Below are positions 1 to 11,457 of a DNA stretch of 28,838 nt, piece after piece. The stretch covers positions 62,001-90,838 of the forward strand of contig JAPEUD010000090.1 of NCBI GenBank assembly GCA_026026165.1. The letters are read 5' to 3'. The DNA comes from Sarea resinae (taxonomy: Eukaryota). How positions within the stretch are numbered: position 1 is the stretch's first letter; each line of letters starts with the position of its first letter. The translations under genes and the position numbers were made by a program. Under the pieces are notes generated by a model. That model worked only from the letters and a program-made list of their open reading frames with translations, searched no databases and was not told the DNA's origin.

Positions 1-860
1 CCCGTGCTACCCCCCAAGAGCCCTCGGAGCTCACCGGGAGTTCTGCCGGATGTTTGGCATATGACAGAGTAGCGCATCAATTGGCCGACTCCGATCAGAG
101 GGAGGCTCACGGGTGCAGAGAGGAGATATTCCAAGTCAGGTCGACTCTCCGGATTCTGTAACCATCCCAGAAAATCGAGACCTTTCGGATACAGTTCATT
201 GACTCTCGAATCACACGAAAGTGACCGCAAGTCCGCCGAGAGTGGTACGAGGAGATCATCGAGGAACCCTGGATACGTATCATATGTCTCTTCCAATTCT
301 TCAAAGTAGCTCTCTGCGCCTTGGCCATTGAAGATGGCGAAAAGCTGGGCTTTGCCCTCTGCCGCATCTCGGAAGAGGGCCGTCTCATGCTGCGACAACG
401 GGCGATGAATCATTTGACACGATCTATAATAGGATTTGAGCACGGCTTGCTTCCTATCCTTGCTTCCTGGCAAAGTTGCGACCACAGTGTGAAGGTCGGC
501 GTCGCGAAGGAAAACCTCTTCAAGCTCGCAGAGAAGGCATTCGAGGATCTTGTTAAAAGATAGTTGGCGATCTTCATCCTCCTCGATTTCGGCTCTTGAC
601 GTGACTTCATCCACAAACTTCGAAAACAACTCCAATTCCGACAGGGGTTCCTGCCCCGAAAGAGACCCCGCGCGGTATAATCTGAGATCAGAAGTAAACG
701 AATTCTCAATTTCGGAAATGTGAGCAAAGATCGACTCGCGGACAAAGAAGGAAAAGTGTGTTTCGCCATGTTGTAAAGTCAATAATCGGTCGGACGATGG
801 ACGCGGTACAGAGATTCGAGTCTGCCAGGATGAGCCTGGAGAGGAGCTTCCTGTGCGCAT
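1..860 (-). CDS. Fatty acid synthase beta subunit (Fas1/FasB-type), 5' part only; the gene continues beyond the left edge of the window
   Basis: Manual translation from the ATG at 860 (AAA ATG context) gives 286 stop-free codons to the window edge: MRTGSSSPG...RLLTLQHGETHFSFFV...ELEEVFLRDADLHTVV...ALFRDAAEGKAQLFAIFNGQGAESYFEELEETY...GLDFLGWLQNPESRPDLEYLLSAPVSLPLIGVGQLMRY...PGELRGLLGGSTG. This matches the fungal FAS beta N-terminus and acetyltransferase domain (IFGGQG, YFEEL, PVSxPLIG, and GxTG immediately before the catalytic HSQG). It is missing from the ORF track because it has no stop codon inside the window. Confidence 0.93.
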   Translation of the reverse strand, partial: MRTGSSSPGSSWQTRISVPRPSSDRLLTLQHGETHFSFFVRESIFAHISEIENSFTSDLRLYRAGSLSGQEPLSELELFSKFVDEVTSRAEIEEDEDRQLSFNKILECLLCELEEVFLRDADLHTVVATLPGSKDRKQAVLKSYYRSCQMIHRPLSQHETALFRDAAEGKAQLFAIFNGQGAESYFEELEETYDTYPGFLDDLLVPLSADLRSLSCDSRVNELYPKGLDFLGWLQNPESRPDLEYLLSAPVSLPLIGVGQLMRYSVICQTSGRTPGELRGLLGGST

Positions 861-1498
861 TTTGGTAAAAGCCTTCAAGAAAATGCTTGAGATACACAGT
901 TCGAGTCAAATGAAATCAAGAATTGCAAGAAGGCCATCACTCAGATCGATATGGCTGGCCCGTCGCATGGAGGTAATGTCATTGATACGGTATTGATTGA
1001 TGCAGTACCGCTATGTTAGTAAAGTTGAGAGACCAATATCAAACAAGCTTCAGTATGCGAGCCAAACAATGTCTAGGCCGTACAAAACACAAAAGGAAAG
1101 TTGCGCTGACCAAAGACACAGCCGTGTCTAATTTGGTCTTGCAGAGCCACACATGTGGCCGATGTAAGCCAATGGCCAAGGGCCCCAAAAAGCATTTCGG
1201 CTGACGCGAATTAGGTACAGTAATCGTCGGATCGCCTAGGCCGCATAGACCGCTATGAAGTCAAGAACATCAACAATCCTCAAGACCGCATGTTGGCGTA
1301 GTGGTGCAGATCTTACGGATCGCACATCCAAATGGCTTTCATCGACCATTGCGGCGAGTTATCTCAGCACTAGGTACAGGACACTGAGCATACAACTGTA
1401 GGAGATGATCATCTGTCATCTCTTGTCCATCAGCTATCGATCGTTGCCCGCAGGTGCTAGGATGAACTTACCATGAAAAGTCGAAGACGACTGCTGGG

Positions 1499-1546
1499 GA
1501 AGCCAACGCCGAAGCCAACGCCGAAGCCAACGCCGAAGCCAACGCC
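1499..1546 (+). repeat. 12-bp tandem repeat (GAAGCCAACGCC)x4
   Basis: Four exact copies starting at 1499, 1511, 1523 and 1535, in the intergenic region upstream of FAS beta. Confidence 0.9.
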
Positions 1547-1760
1547 AAATTCGCCAGCAGCGGTGGGAGCATCGAACAGCTGCCTATGCGTTAGCTGCCA
1601 ACAAGCTCTCATGTCTAGATGAAGGTTAGTCTCGGAGAAGATGATCCCTCGATTGAGGAGCCCATCATCGCACGTAGACTTTGCGCGTAACATCATCGAT
1701 GTCCTCCTCCCGTATGATCAATTGCCGTTTCCGAAGGAAGAGAGGTGCCATGATAGGCGT

Positions 1761-1792
1761 TGATGATGATGATGGTGATGATGATGATGATG
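1761..1792 (+). repeat. (TGA/GAT)n microsatellite
   Basis: tgatgatgatgatggtgatgatgatgatgatg is directly visible. Confidence 0.85.
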
Positions 1793-2555
1793 TTGGTAAG
1801 AGGGTAAGAAGGTAAGAGGCCGTAAGCATCATACATGTAAGGACCAACCTGTTCCCGCAAAGTAGTTCGTTTGTACCTCATAAGCGAGACAACAGACCAT
1901 AACTACCTACCTTGGGTACCTATGTATGTAAGGTAATGGAATTTCATCATCACATTCGGTTCAACATTATTCCGATGGTCAATGCGATAGCACAGTGGAG
2001 GGGCTTGATGATTGATACACCGCGACCGATCAAGTCCTGAGCTGTTAGAAATCAAAATGCCAGCTATAGATTATCTTTGGGATATTTATAGGATATTTAT
2101 GTTATAAATCCTTATGATAATTCGATATTAGAGTCTCGCGACTGGCCATTCTAGGTTGGAAATAAATTGTGCTCAAAAATAATTTCAAATCCGATTCTCA
2201 AATCCGATAGGACTGACCTGCCCCCAGAAATATGTCAAAGTGGCGGGTGCCGTATCGAATCTTGAATGAATCGGATGTATAGAAAGACACTCCTTGATAT
2301 TGGGGCAGATGTAACATCAATCGAACAGCTAAGTATAACATTTCTCTGACATAGGGTAGAATCATTGCGCTTGATCTTCTTGTATGACAAGAAACGGCAG
2401 CCCGAATGCCGTGCTCATTGATTATTAGCACGATTTAAAATGACAATGCAATGCTATTCACGCAATTTGACAAAGACTCCGCAATCCAGGACTCCACCGA
2501 TTGCAATGCAAATTCCGATCATTCCCAATGGCCCATTTTCGGGATCAAGTTCCCA

Positions 2556-5500
2556 TCAGTTGGCAGCTGATGCTGGGCCTGAAGTATCTCTATTGTGATT
2601 TTGAATCCGAGAAGTCGGATTGAGTAGTACTTCAAGCTCCATCTCGCTGGGAAAAGGGGGATGGGTCTTCGCTTGAAACAAACTGTTGGTGATGAGCCCA
2701 TGGTGAAAATATTCATATGCACGCTTTTGCCGTTTCTCAACCTTCGTAGAGTACTCTTCATAGACCTCCTGACCCACAGTCGCAAAAAGATAACGTGGAT
2801 GCACGCAGATAGCTTGCGCACCTTTCTGTCCAAATCCAAAGGAGGTCAGAGAGACAGCTTTGATACCGGTTGTCTGAATACTACGGTTCGGAAACAGGAT
2901 GAAATCGTACTTCCGGAGGTCGCTGTCGATGTTGTCTCCGTTCCTATTCCCTGGCACTAGGCCCGTAGTAAGGCTTTGAAGGCACCCATTCAACATCCAA
3001 GCGCCAGCAGCTCCCTTTGGATGGCCTGTCAGATACTTTTGAAATACTCCTAATATAGTGTTGCCCTTTGCACGTCCAAGATGAGAAAGCTGACGCTGCA
3101 TGACATCGCATTCATTCTTCTCGTTTAGCCTTGTCGAGGTCCCGTGGAAGGATGCTACGTCGAGGTCGTCAATCGTCAAGCCCCAAGTCGCTAAAGCACC
3201 TCTGATTGGCGAAATTCGGGGATCATTCTTCCAGAAGGAGTTTCCGAGAGCATCCTGAGCTTCACGCTCTTGGCGACGGGCTTGGTTCTCGATCTGGAGG
3301 ATGGATTCCCGCCGATAGTCAGATAAATCGGCCTTGTGGTCCTCGGATTGCAGTCGTGCGAGATCATCCATAATATGTTCTAATGCTGCCTCCTTCTCTT
3401 CTCGAATCTGAGCTCTCCGAAACTCGAGGCGTTTTTTGCGATTTTGTATGTTCAGCATTGGCGAGGGGAACGGCTTCGAGGGTGACTCGCGCGACTGAGA
3501 TAAGATTCCCTTTCCTGGAGCCGGAACGGAGCGGCCAACCTTATCACTAGCAGTGCTGGTGAGGGCGACAACGCCATAGATTGGTAAGCCCATATCTAGT
3601 GCAAGCCGAGCCGAAGTCAGGACCTGCAGCCCGCAGCCATGAGATTCCATGAAGCCACTCCTTGTCGAAGTAGCAGGTCGGGACATCTCTTTCGGTGTGC
3701 GGCCACGGGCAAATTCATCGACGCTGTTGCTTGTTGCATTCATGTTGGCAAATTCATAGGACGGGTCCTCTCCGAAATCATCATAACCTCCGACGAGACA
3801 GAATTTCGCTTTCCCAGTGACGATTGTATCATGGCCGAGGTCGAGTGATTCGATCGAGGTTGCGCATGCTCCAACCGGGGTTCTTATTGGACCACTGGAG
3901 GAAAGCAGTAGCATGTTGACCCAGGCACTCACGACATTAATAAACGTCTCTTGCAGGACATCTTTTTGGACATCTCTTTCAAGGAAGCGATCTCTGTGCA
4001 TCTTCCTAAGGGATGATATACCTCCCAGGCCCGAGCCAATGCAATTACCCACCTCTGAGACATGTATGTACTGGTAAAGCTCATAGGGATCCGTGATGCC
4101 GGCCGAAAGGAGCGCTTCTACCGTGGTAACCAGCACGTAAAGGCATACCGGATCCACCTGGGAAATAATGTCTTCGGGAATTCCATAAGTTCGAGCGTTC
4201 CATCCTGTCGGGATCTGGCCGGCGACAAGGCGATTGAATTTCATGGCTTTCGGAATCATCAGTCTGGCTCCTTTCTTGAGGCGGGCCATGTATTGACCCT
4301 CGTCATCCTTGGATAGATAGAGTTTATCACCGTGTTCAAGTCTCATCTGGTTCGCCGTCTGCTCGGGAACTTGAATAGGATCCAGATCTTGTTGAATGAT
4401 GATCTCGTGCAAGAACTGTTTCCGCCGAGGATCGTACCCTTCGAAAAGATTCGGTTCAATCAAACGTATTCCTGAATGATCGAGAATATGCTTTTCATAT
4501 TTCTGTTTGATGTCTTTGTCGGATATTGGTTCCTTGGTAGTCGCATCAATCCATCCGGCATGCTGAGTTCCATTGAGTAACCCGACATGATGTGTAATCA
4601 GTCCCATTACCCAAGCCAATTCAATGCATCCCTCCAGAGAGAATTCTCCGAATGCTTCCATTTCCCATCGGGTTCGGGAACTACCATATGGCCCAACCTC
4701 TGCAAATCCAGTAATGACAACAACGCGCTCGAGGTCCACCATGTCTTTCATCGTCTCCGCCAATGGTGCTATCTCTGCTTGATAGTTTGGCAGCGGCGGA
4801 AAGTCGAACTTGAAATCGGCACGAAGAGGGAGCTCTTCGGAAAGACTTGATTCACTAGATGCGTTGTTTGCGGTGAAACATTTCTTCTCCGTAGATTGCT
4901 CTTGCAAGAGGCTACGTCGGAGTTCGCTCGTATCTTGTATGTGCTTTCGAATATCGCCTACTACCTGCTTTAGACCAGGAATCTTGTCCATGGCCCCGTT
5001 CAAATCGGCGTAGACGGGTTCGTGCTGGCTTAGGAGTGCGAGGGTTGGGCTCATAAGACAGATTATACCAAAAGCCATTTCTTGCTGGGAGAATGTTCTG
5101 ACTCCTAGCCTTTCCATACCTTCGGATACCACGTCATTGCTAGTCATGAGGCCTGTTCCTCGAGTCCAGCCAATCACAACACCACATATAGAGAGATATT
5201 CTCCCCAATTTTCGGAATACCAGCGGTTGAAAAGCGTCTCAAGTCCTGCTTTGGACTCGGAATAAAGCCCATCACCACCAAAATCACCATGATTAGGCGA
5301 TAATGGAAGTACTATTTGCGTTGGGCGGGTACGATAGCGTCGCCTCTGTTTTTGCGCCTTGACTGCTCCAAGAAGACGGAGCGTGTTAGTCAACATAATG
5401 CGATGAGCCAATTCGGACCTGGAATCCAGATCATCGATCTCATGACCATTTTCGGAAATTGCAGCAAACGGAAGGATATGATCCAGATCCCATCCGAGTC

Positions 5501-7616
5501 CTTTAGTATCGTAGATGTATTCGGCCAGAGAGTCAATATCTTGAGAGCTCCCTTGATTGAATGGGACAACGGCAAGGCTCGATCCCGGAGCACCATGTTC
5601 AGAATAGATAGATTGGTAGTGGTTGACAACTTCGCTTGAGTAGTGACTGGTCGTCACGAGAACTTTGGCACCTCCAGCGAGGATTCCGTGGAGCACCTCG
5701 GCTCCAATAGATCGAGATCCAGCGCCGGTGATCAAGACAGTCTTACCTTTGAACGATGTTCCGCTCTTTTGAACCTGATCCATCGTTCTCCGAAGAACCT
5801 CTGTCAAAGATCGACTGTATTGCCATCCACGAGAACCTCTTCGCTTCAGATGGAGGAGAGGCTCGGCTGAAAGAGTGCTCGAGTCCGGTTTGCGCGATGG
5901 CAACGAATCCTGGATGTCCTCAGCAAGGGAACCAAGATCTGGATTGTTTCTCCGTGGTATCTCCGCATACGAGATATTTCCTTTGACATCGATGGACGTA
6001 CAAGGTGCGATCATCCGATATGAAGCTCGGAAGAGGGGGTCAGCTTGAGTCGAGGCTTTGCAAATCTCCGCGAGTCCTTGGAGAGCCTTCGATGAACGAT
6101 GTTGTGGCCCAAGCTTTATGATCATGTAGTTGAGAACATCTAGCACTCTAGAATCGGCGCGATTGATTATCCGTCCACGCGCAAGTGAGGCACCCCAGAG
6201 CCATAACGTTGATTCGCGATCTCCGTTTTCTGGACAGCGCAAGACATACTTTTGGAGAAACAATACGAGATCTTGTAGAACCCAGTTCCAACATGAGTCG
6301 TATGTCCTGACTTTCATGGCGTCAAAATGTGGCCTGATACCTGTGGCATATGCCTCGCCATGTTCTATATTCCACTGATCAAGATCGTTTTCAAGTCGTG
6401 AGACCATTTCTTCGTGAACCTTCCGTAAGGACCTCTCACCGGCATGAAGATCGACTTGAAGGTGTGATGCGTAGGCCTCAAAGAGTTTTTCCGAAAGTGC
6501 CCTCTGATCTTTGGTGAAGCTTTTGATAACCTCGGGATCCATGACAACGCCGGCCGACGCAGCTCCACCTGCAGCAGTCACAGGAATACTGACACGCACA
6601 CCTGCTCGGACGGCATAGCTCTCAACGACACCATCAAGGAAAGCCTTAGCATCGATTTCTGCTCCTAGGCGCACAGAAGGCTGCATGGTGACGGCTAGTA
6701 GAAGGATACCATCCTGACGTCCTGGACCAAAGCCCCATCGCATGCTTAGGTGGTTCCGGATCGATATGAGATTGAAACCGCCGGGCATCTTGGATGATTG
6801 CATCCGATCTATCAATGTAGATGAGACTTTACCCATCCGGCCGTCGAATGAAGCACTGAGGCTGTGACACAATTCATCGAAACTTGCCTCTTCCGCCTTT
6901 TCCGGCACCGAACCAAACTCAGTGCTCAAGTCCCCGATGATCTCATTTTCGAGCGTTGAACGACCTATCCAGCATGAAGATTAGCGCTCATATACGCATA
7001 CTTGGAAGTGGTCGGGTTTTGACTAACCACCGGCGAGGCTTTTGATTGTTTTCTCTGGCAAAACGGCAGAGACGGAAATTTTGAGCTTATGAGCGATGAT
7101 GGTGACGGCGATCTCTCCGGCCGAGATAGCACAATCGGGCACTTGAACTGCAGGTCCATGGGGTCTAGCCTCGGGTGACAACTGCTCGGGCGGCGAACTT
7201 GAGACTCCCGCATCATTGTCCGTTTGTCCGATGGCGGTGAGCACTGATGTTTCGGGTGCGCCAGTAATTTCTTCGGCAGCATCCTCTAAATCGTAGTATA
7301 TCTCATTTGTATTCTTCTTCAAGGAGAGAAGCTCCCTCCGCAACGAGTGTGCCGCATCGTAGGTTTTATATTTGGTCGATAGTGTTCTTCGTAGCATAGT
7401 TGTCAAAGTATCCGCTGGTCCGACCTCGATGATCCTCTCGCAGCGCTTCTCGCCCAACAGAATATCTTGCGTCTTGATCCATTGAACTGGAGAGGCGAAC
7501 TGATAACTAGGGCTGGATGTCAGTCAAACTCTAGTCTCGCCGAAGAGCACTCACGCCATGAGCTCCACGAGCAAAGCATGGGCCAGCTCTTGCCTGACTT
7601 CCCGCCGTACCCTCAT
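2556..7616 (-). CDS. Fatty acid synthase alpha subunit (Fas2/FasA-type; ACP-KR-KS, no PPT domain), ~1649 aa, 3 exons
   Basis: Exons 7616-7555, 7506-7028 and 6964-2556 total 4950 nt in frame, with GT..AG introns of 48 and 63 nt. Motifs: N-terminus [35 protein letters not shown]; ACP motif LAGGRSTLENEIIGDL; KR motifs VLITGAGSRSIG and YSESK; KS catalytic motifs PVGACATS, SFHGTST, LTGHPKGAA and SFGFGQKG. The protein ends at LLNPTSRI...AAN* with no PPT domain. Confidence 0.96.
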
Positions 7617-9540
7617 CTTTGCCTTTTGTCGATTCCCAGACCCGGATGAAAAAAAAGACGCAGCGTTCGGAAACGGGATGGTTTTAACGAAGGTAAGAAA
7701 GCTTTAACGAGTATTGCTTCGTCATTGAGAGCTATGCTACCTTGGCTCTCGCGGTCGGCACGCCTAAGATTCAAGCAAGTTCAGATAGTTCAGATCCTCG
7801 TTCAAGAATGTCAGTAGATCGTATGTTAGCTTTGAAGATGGAAGACCAGCAAGCGCAAGCAAGCCATTCTTCGAGAAAGCTGATTGCTACGTGCAGTTCG
7901 ATCAACGCAAAGGCTCCAGCCGTGGATACGGGATCCAGGACCAACATGCCACTGAAGGTACGCACAGAAGCCCTAGGAGAAGGCGGAAAGCTCCACTGTG
8001 GCTGAAGCTAGATCTAGATCCGCTGCTCCAAGGCTACATGACGGTGAGCCTACGAGCAGCGCAAGAGTTCCACGCTTGCTGCTGAGCTAAGTCGAGCTAA
8101 CATGAATGGTAAGTATCGATGTTATCTTACCAACCACGGTCATTATTCCAAGCATGTCTCAATAGAGGATGAAGCCTGGCGTATGTCATGATCATGGTGG
8201 GATTCCATCAGCATCGTACTGATGCTGACAAGATCCCAAGGCATGACCCAGACGGGTTCCCTGATGATGGATCGGTGGGATTGGATGAAGGCTACAGGTC
8301 GGCTTGAGGGCCATCATTGTCATTGTCGTGCCTGCCGATGGCGAATCCAAGCCGAATATCATGTATGCCCGAGAACGAGGATGGCAACCAGGTGGGGAAT
8401 CTCCTTGCTATTCGCCGGTCCCCATTCGCCATTCCAGTTCATCTTGTCGTCTTCAGTAGCGGAAGTAGCGGGATGAAGACACGACATACATCACAGTCAC
8501 AATTGTCACTGATCGAATCGGGAGAGGTGTGAGCAGAGCATGGAAGTGAGAGGTAGGATGAAATGGATGGCTGGATCCATCCATCGCCGGTTGTGGTTCC
8601 TGTATGGAAGGCACGTGAGGCGGGGGATAAGACAGACCTTACCGATCTTCGGTATCGGGAACGATGACGGTTGGATCTCCTAGGTACCTAGTACCTATCC
8701 TAAGGTAAGGCACCCTACCTAAGTACCTAGGTACCTAGACGGGCACCTTGCTAACCTTTGAAGGTCTTCCCGTAGGACGATCGTCCTTACCCCGAACGCA
8801 CCCTCCCTACTGCGTACATGCACGTCAGACACAGGGATTCAGACAGACATCAGACGCCGAGGGTAGATCATTCTTCATTCTTCATTCTTCATAACGTGCA
8901 ACGCGAGGCTCAAATAGCTGCTTACCAAGAGCCTCACCCTCAAGGCACACACCAGGTCACTAGCTAGTTCAGCGCTGCATATCGAATAGCTACTATACCT
9001 ACTATCATCCACGTAGCAACTGGATTGATGTGGTCCGTCTTACGGTCCGGCTTGGTGCCTGCAGCTCCTGCAGCTCCACGAGGATCAATGTCATCGGAAC
9101 ACCAGAGAGATCACCGACGATAGGACCATGGCGCATGGCCGCATGGCTAACCTTGCAGAGAGGGGCCAAGAAACCCAGGAGTTCAGATTACCAGGTGGTT
9201 GGACCATCGATCATGGCCCCGGGATCGCTGTTGCAATTCTATGTTGCAACTGGTCAGCTTTGTGGGACGATTACTTTCCAGGCTGAGAAGAATATCAACA
9301 GATGTGGAGGGTAGATGCGTCAGATCATCCCGCGCACGTTCCCGTCATACCTCTGTAAACGTTGTATTGACGCGCTTCTGCACTTACCTGTCTGGATGAG
9401 CTGTATATGCTGTTCTATCCGGCACGGAGCGCACCGCGAAGTCGAGCAAGCAACGGTTGATTAGTATATCATTTCAGATCTATCTCTCCCGCTTCTATAC
9501 AACCAGAAACTGTTTTGCGTTGTTTGGAAATCGGAAAAAG
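7617..9540. promoter_or_regulatory. Divergent (bidirectional) promoter region between FAS alpha and the P450
   Basis: Head-to-head start codons at 7616 (-) and 9541 (+). There is no credible CDS in between. The region contains repeated CTTACC/GGTAAG hexamers and short palindromes. Confidence 0.6.
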
Positions 9541-11457
9541 ATGGCCGTTAACGATATATTATTTGTGCTCGGCCGAGCAGCTTCGCTGTTTTTGATTGTC
9601 TTTGGCGTCACGGTAAGTCTGATGAGCCCTTGAATTGCCTGACTATTCAATCGCATCTGCCTCATCATCAAAATTTCTAGCTAATATCAAAATCTAGATC
9701 TTGGTAGTCTGCACTTATAGACTCAATCTTCACCCCCTCGCAAAATTTCCGGGTCCGCGGCTGGCCAAATTGACAAATCTGTACTCTGCGTACCATGCTT
9801 GGAAGGGGGATCTACATCTTGACGTATGGAGATGCCACGAGAAATACGGTAGGGACTGTGCTAGACCTTGAACGGCGGAGCTTTGACAGGATCCTGATCT
9901 CTGACTGCATCTACAGGTGATTATGTGAGATATGCCCCAAATGGCCTCTTGGTAAACAACGTCGCGGGCTTACGTGGTAAGAGCAACTTAATCACCAATA
10001 CATTTTTCCTTCTCTACAGCGGACTGTATGCTAATCTGGCAGCTGCACATGATAGATGTTTATGGTCATGGAAGAAATTTCAAAAAGTCCAAAAAGTATT
10101 CTGCAATGATGCATAGGGCCCCCAACACACTTACCACAATCGACAAAAAGGCACATGGTCGAAAACGCAGAGTTATAAGCCAGGGGTTCTCTGATTCCGC
10201 AATGCGAAGCTACGAAGACATTGTACTTTCCCATGTTCGGAAATTTTGCGCCCAGCTCTACCGGGTCAATGGCGAGAAGAGGATTGCCAACCCTGGATGG
10301 TCTGTCGCTATAGATATGGCAAAGTGGTGTAAGTGTCCCATCTGAGAATGAGGTGGCCTTGGAAGAAGCTCACAAGCTCGTCATAGGTGACTTCTTGACC
10401 TTTGATATCATGTCGGACGTTGTCTTTGGGGTTGCATATAACACATTGGAGAATAATCGCTATCGATTTGTACCAGAGGCCATCGAAGCCTCTAATGTCC
10501 GAGTGGGCGTCATCGCCCAGGCTCCTGAGATGAAATTATGGAGGCTTGACAAGCGGCTGTTTCCTCAAGCGATTAAAGCTCGGAACAGATTCATTTCCTT
10601 TGTCGACGAAATGCTCCGAGACGGAATCAAGGCTACCAGCACCAAGAAGGGAAGAATCATGTCTCTTCTCATGGATGCCAAAGACCCTGAGACGGACACT
10701 ATTATCAGGAAGTCGGAGCTCGGTGCGGAGACTGCAACTCTCATTGTCGCTGGTACGAATATGGCTACAGTTCATACTCCGGAGGCTGACTCTTCTAGGA
10801 ACTGATACTACGTCAACTGCAATTGCTAGTATGTTCTTCTATCTAACGCACAACCCCAAGGCATATACCAGACTTGCTCAGGAAATTCGAAGCACTTTCG
10901 GTTCTAACGAGGACATTCATTTGGGGCAACGGCTCAACTCTTGTACCTACCTACGGGCATGCATTGATGAAAGTATGCGCATGTCACCTTCTGTAGGCGG
11001 TGCGCTGTGGCGGGAAGCAGATGCTGGTGGAGCCATTGTGGACGGGCAAGTTATTGCAGCTGGTTGCGACGTCGGAACGGGCATCTATAGTATTCACCAC
11101 AATCCCGAGTATTACCCCTGCCCCTTTGACTTTGTTCCGGAGCGCTGGTTGAGTGAGGAAGCTTCGAGTATTCATGGTGAGGTTGATCTTGCACACGCAG
11201 CCCTGAACCCCTTCTCCTTTGGTCCTCGAGGGTGTATTGGCAAAGGTCTGGCTTATATGGAGATGGTGCTCACCTGGGCTCATGTTCTCTGGTCTTTTGA
11301 GTTCAAAGCGGCGGATGGACCGGAGGGACAAATTGGGGAAGGCCAGCCTGGTGCCGAACACGGTAGACATAGGACTGGGGAGTACCAGCTGGAAGATCGC
11401 CTAACGAGCGCCAAACATGGACCCTACATCCAGTTTTACCCTCGCGCAGTGCAGTAA
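9541..11457 (+). CDS. Cytochrome P450 monooxygenase, ~526 aa, 6 exons
   Basis: Exons 9541-9612, 9698-9848, 9917-9976, 10056-10328, 10387-10752 and 10799-11457 total 1581 nt in frame. Motifs: N-terminal membrane anchor; [28 protein letters not shown]-helix AGTDTT; ExxR (DESMR); PERW; heme-binding [10 protein letters not shown]. Confidence 0.96.

Noticed and set aside
107..909. Short ORFs listed at 107-388, 321-563, 410-769 and 706-909
   Set aside because: They are alternative-frame or antisense shadows of the FAS beta coding frame.
2661..6378. Multiple plus-strand ORFs inside FAS alpha
   Set aside because: They are antisense shadows with no recognisable motifs.
2556..7616. Housekeeping FAS2
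   Set aside because: It lacks the PPT domain, is shorter than primary FAS alpha, and sits with a P450, a bANK TF and an exporter in a subtelomere. A secondary-metabolism paralogue is more likely.
7617..9540. Perfect TOXE tox-box (ATCTCNCGNA)
   Set aside because: I found no exact match by eye in this region. Only one-mismatch versions occur elsewhere (1310-1319 and ~23416-23425).
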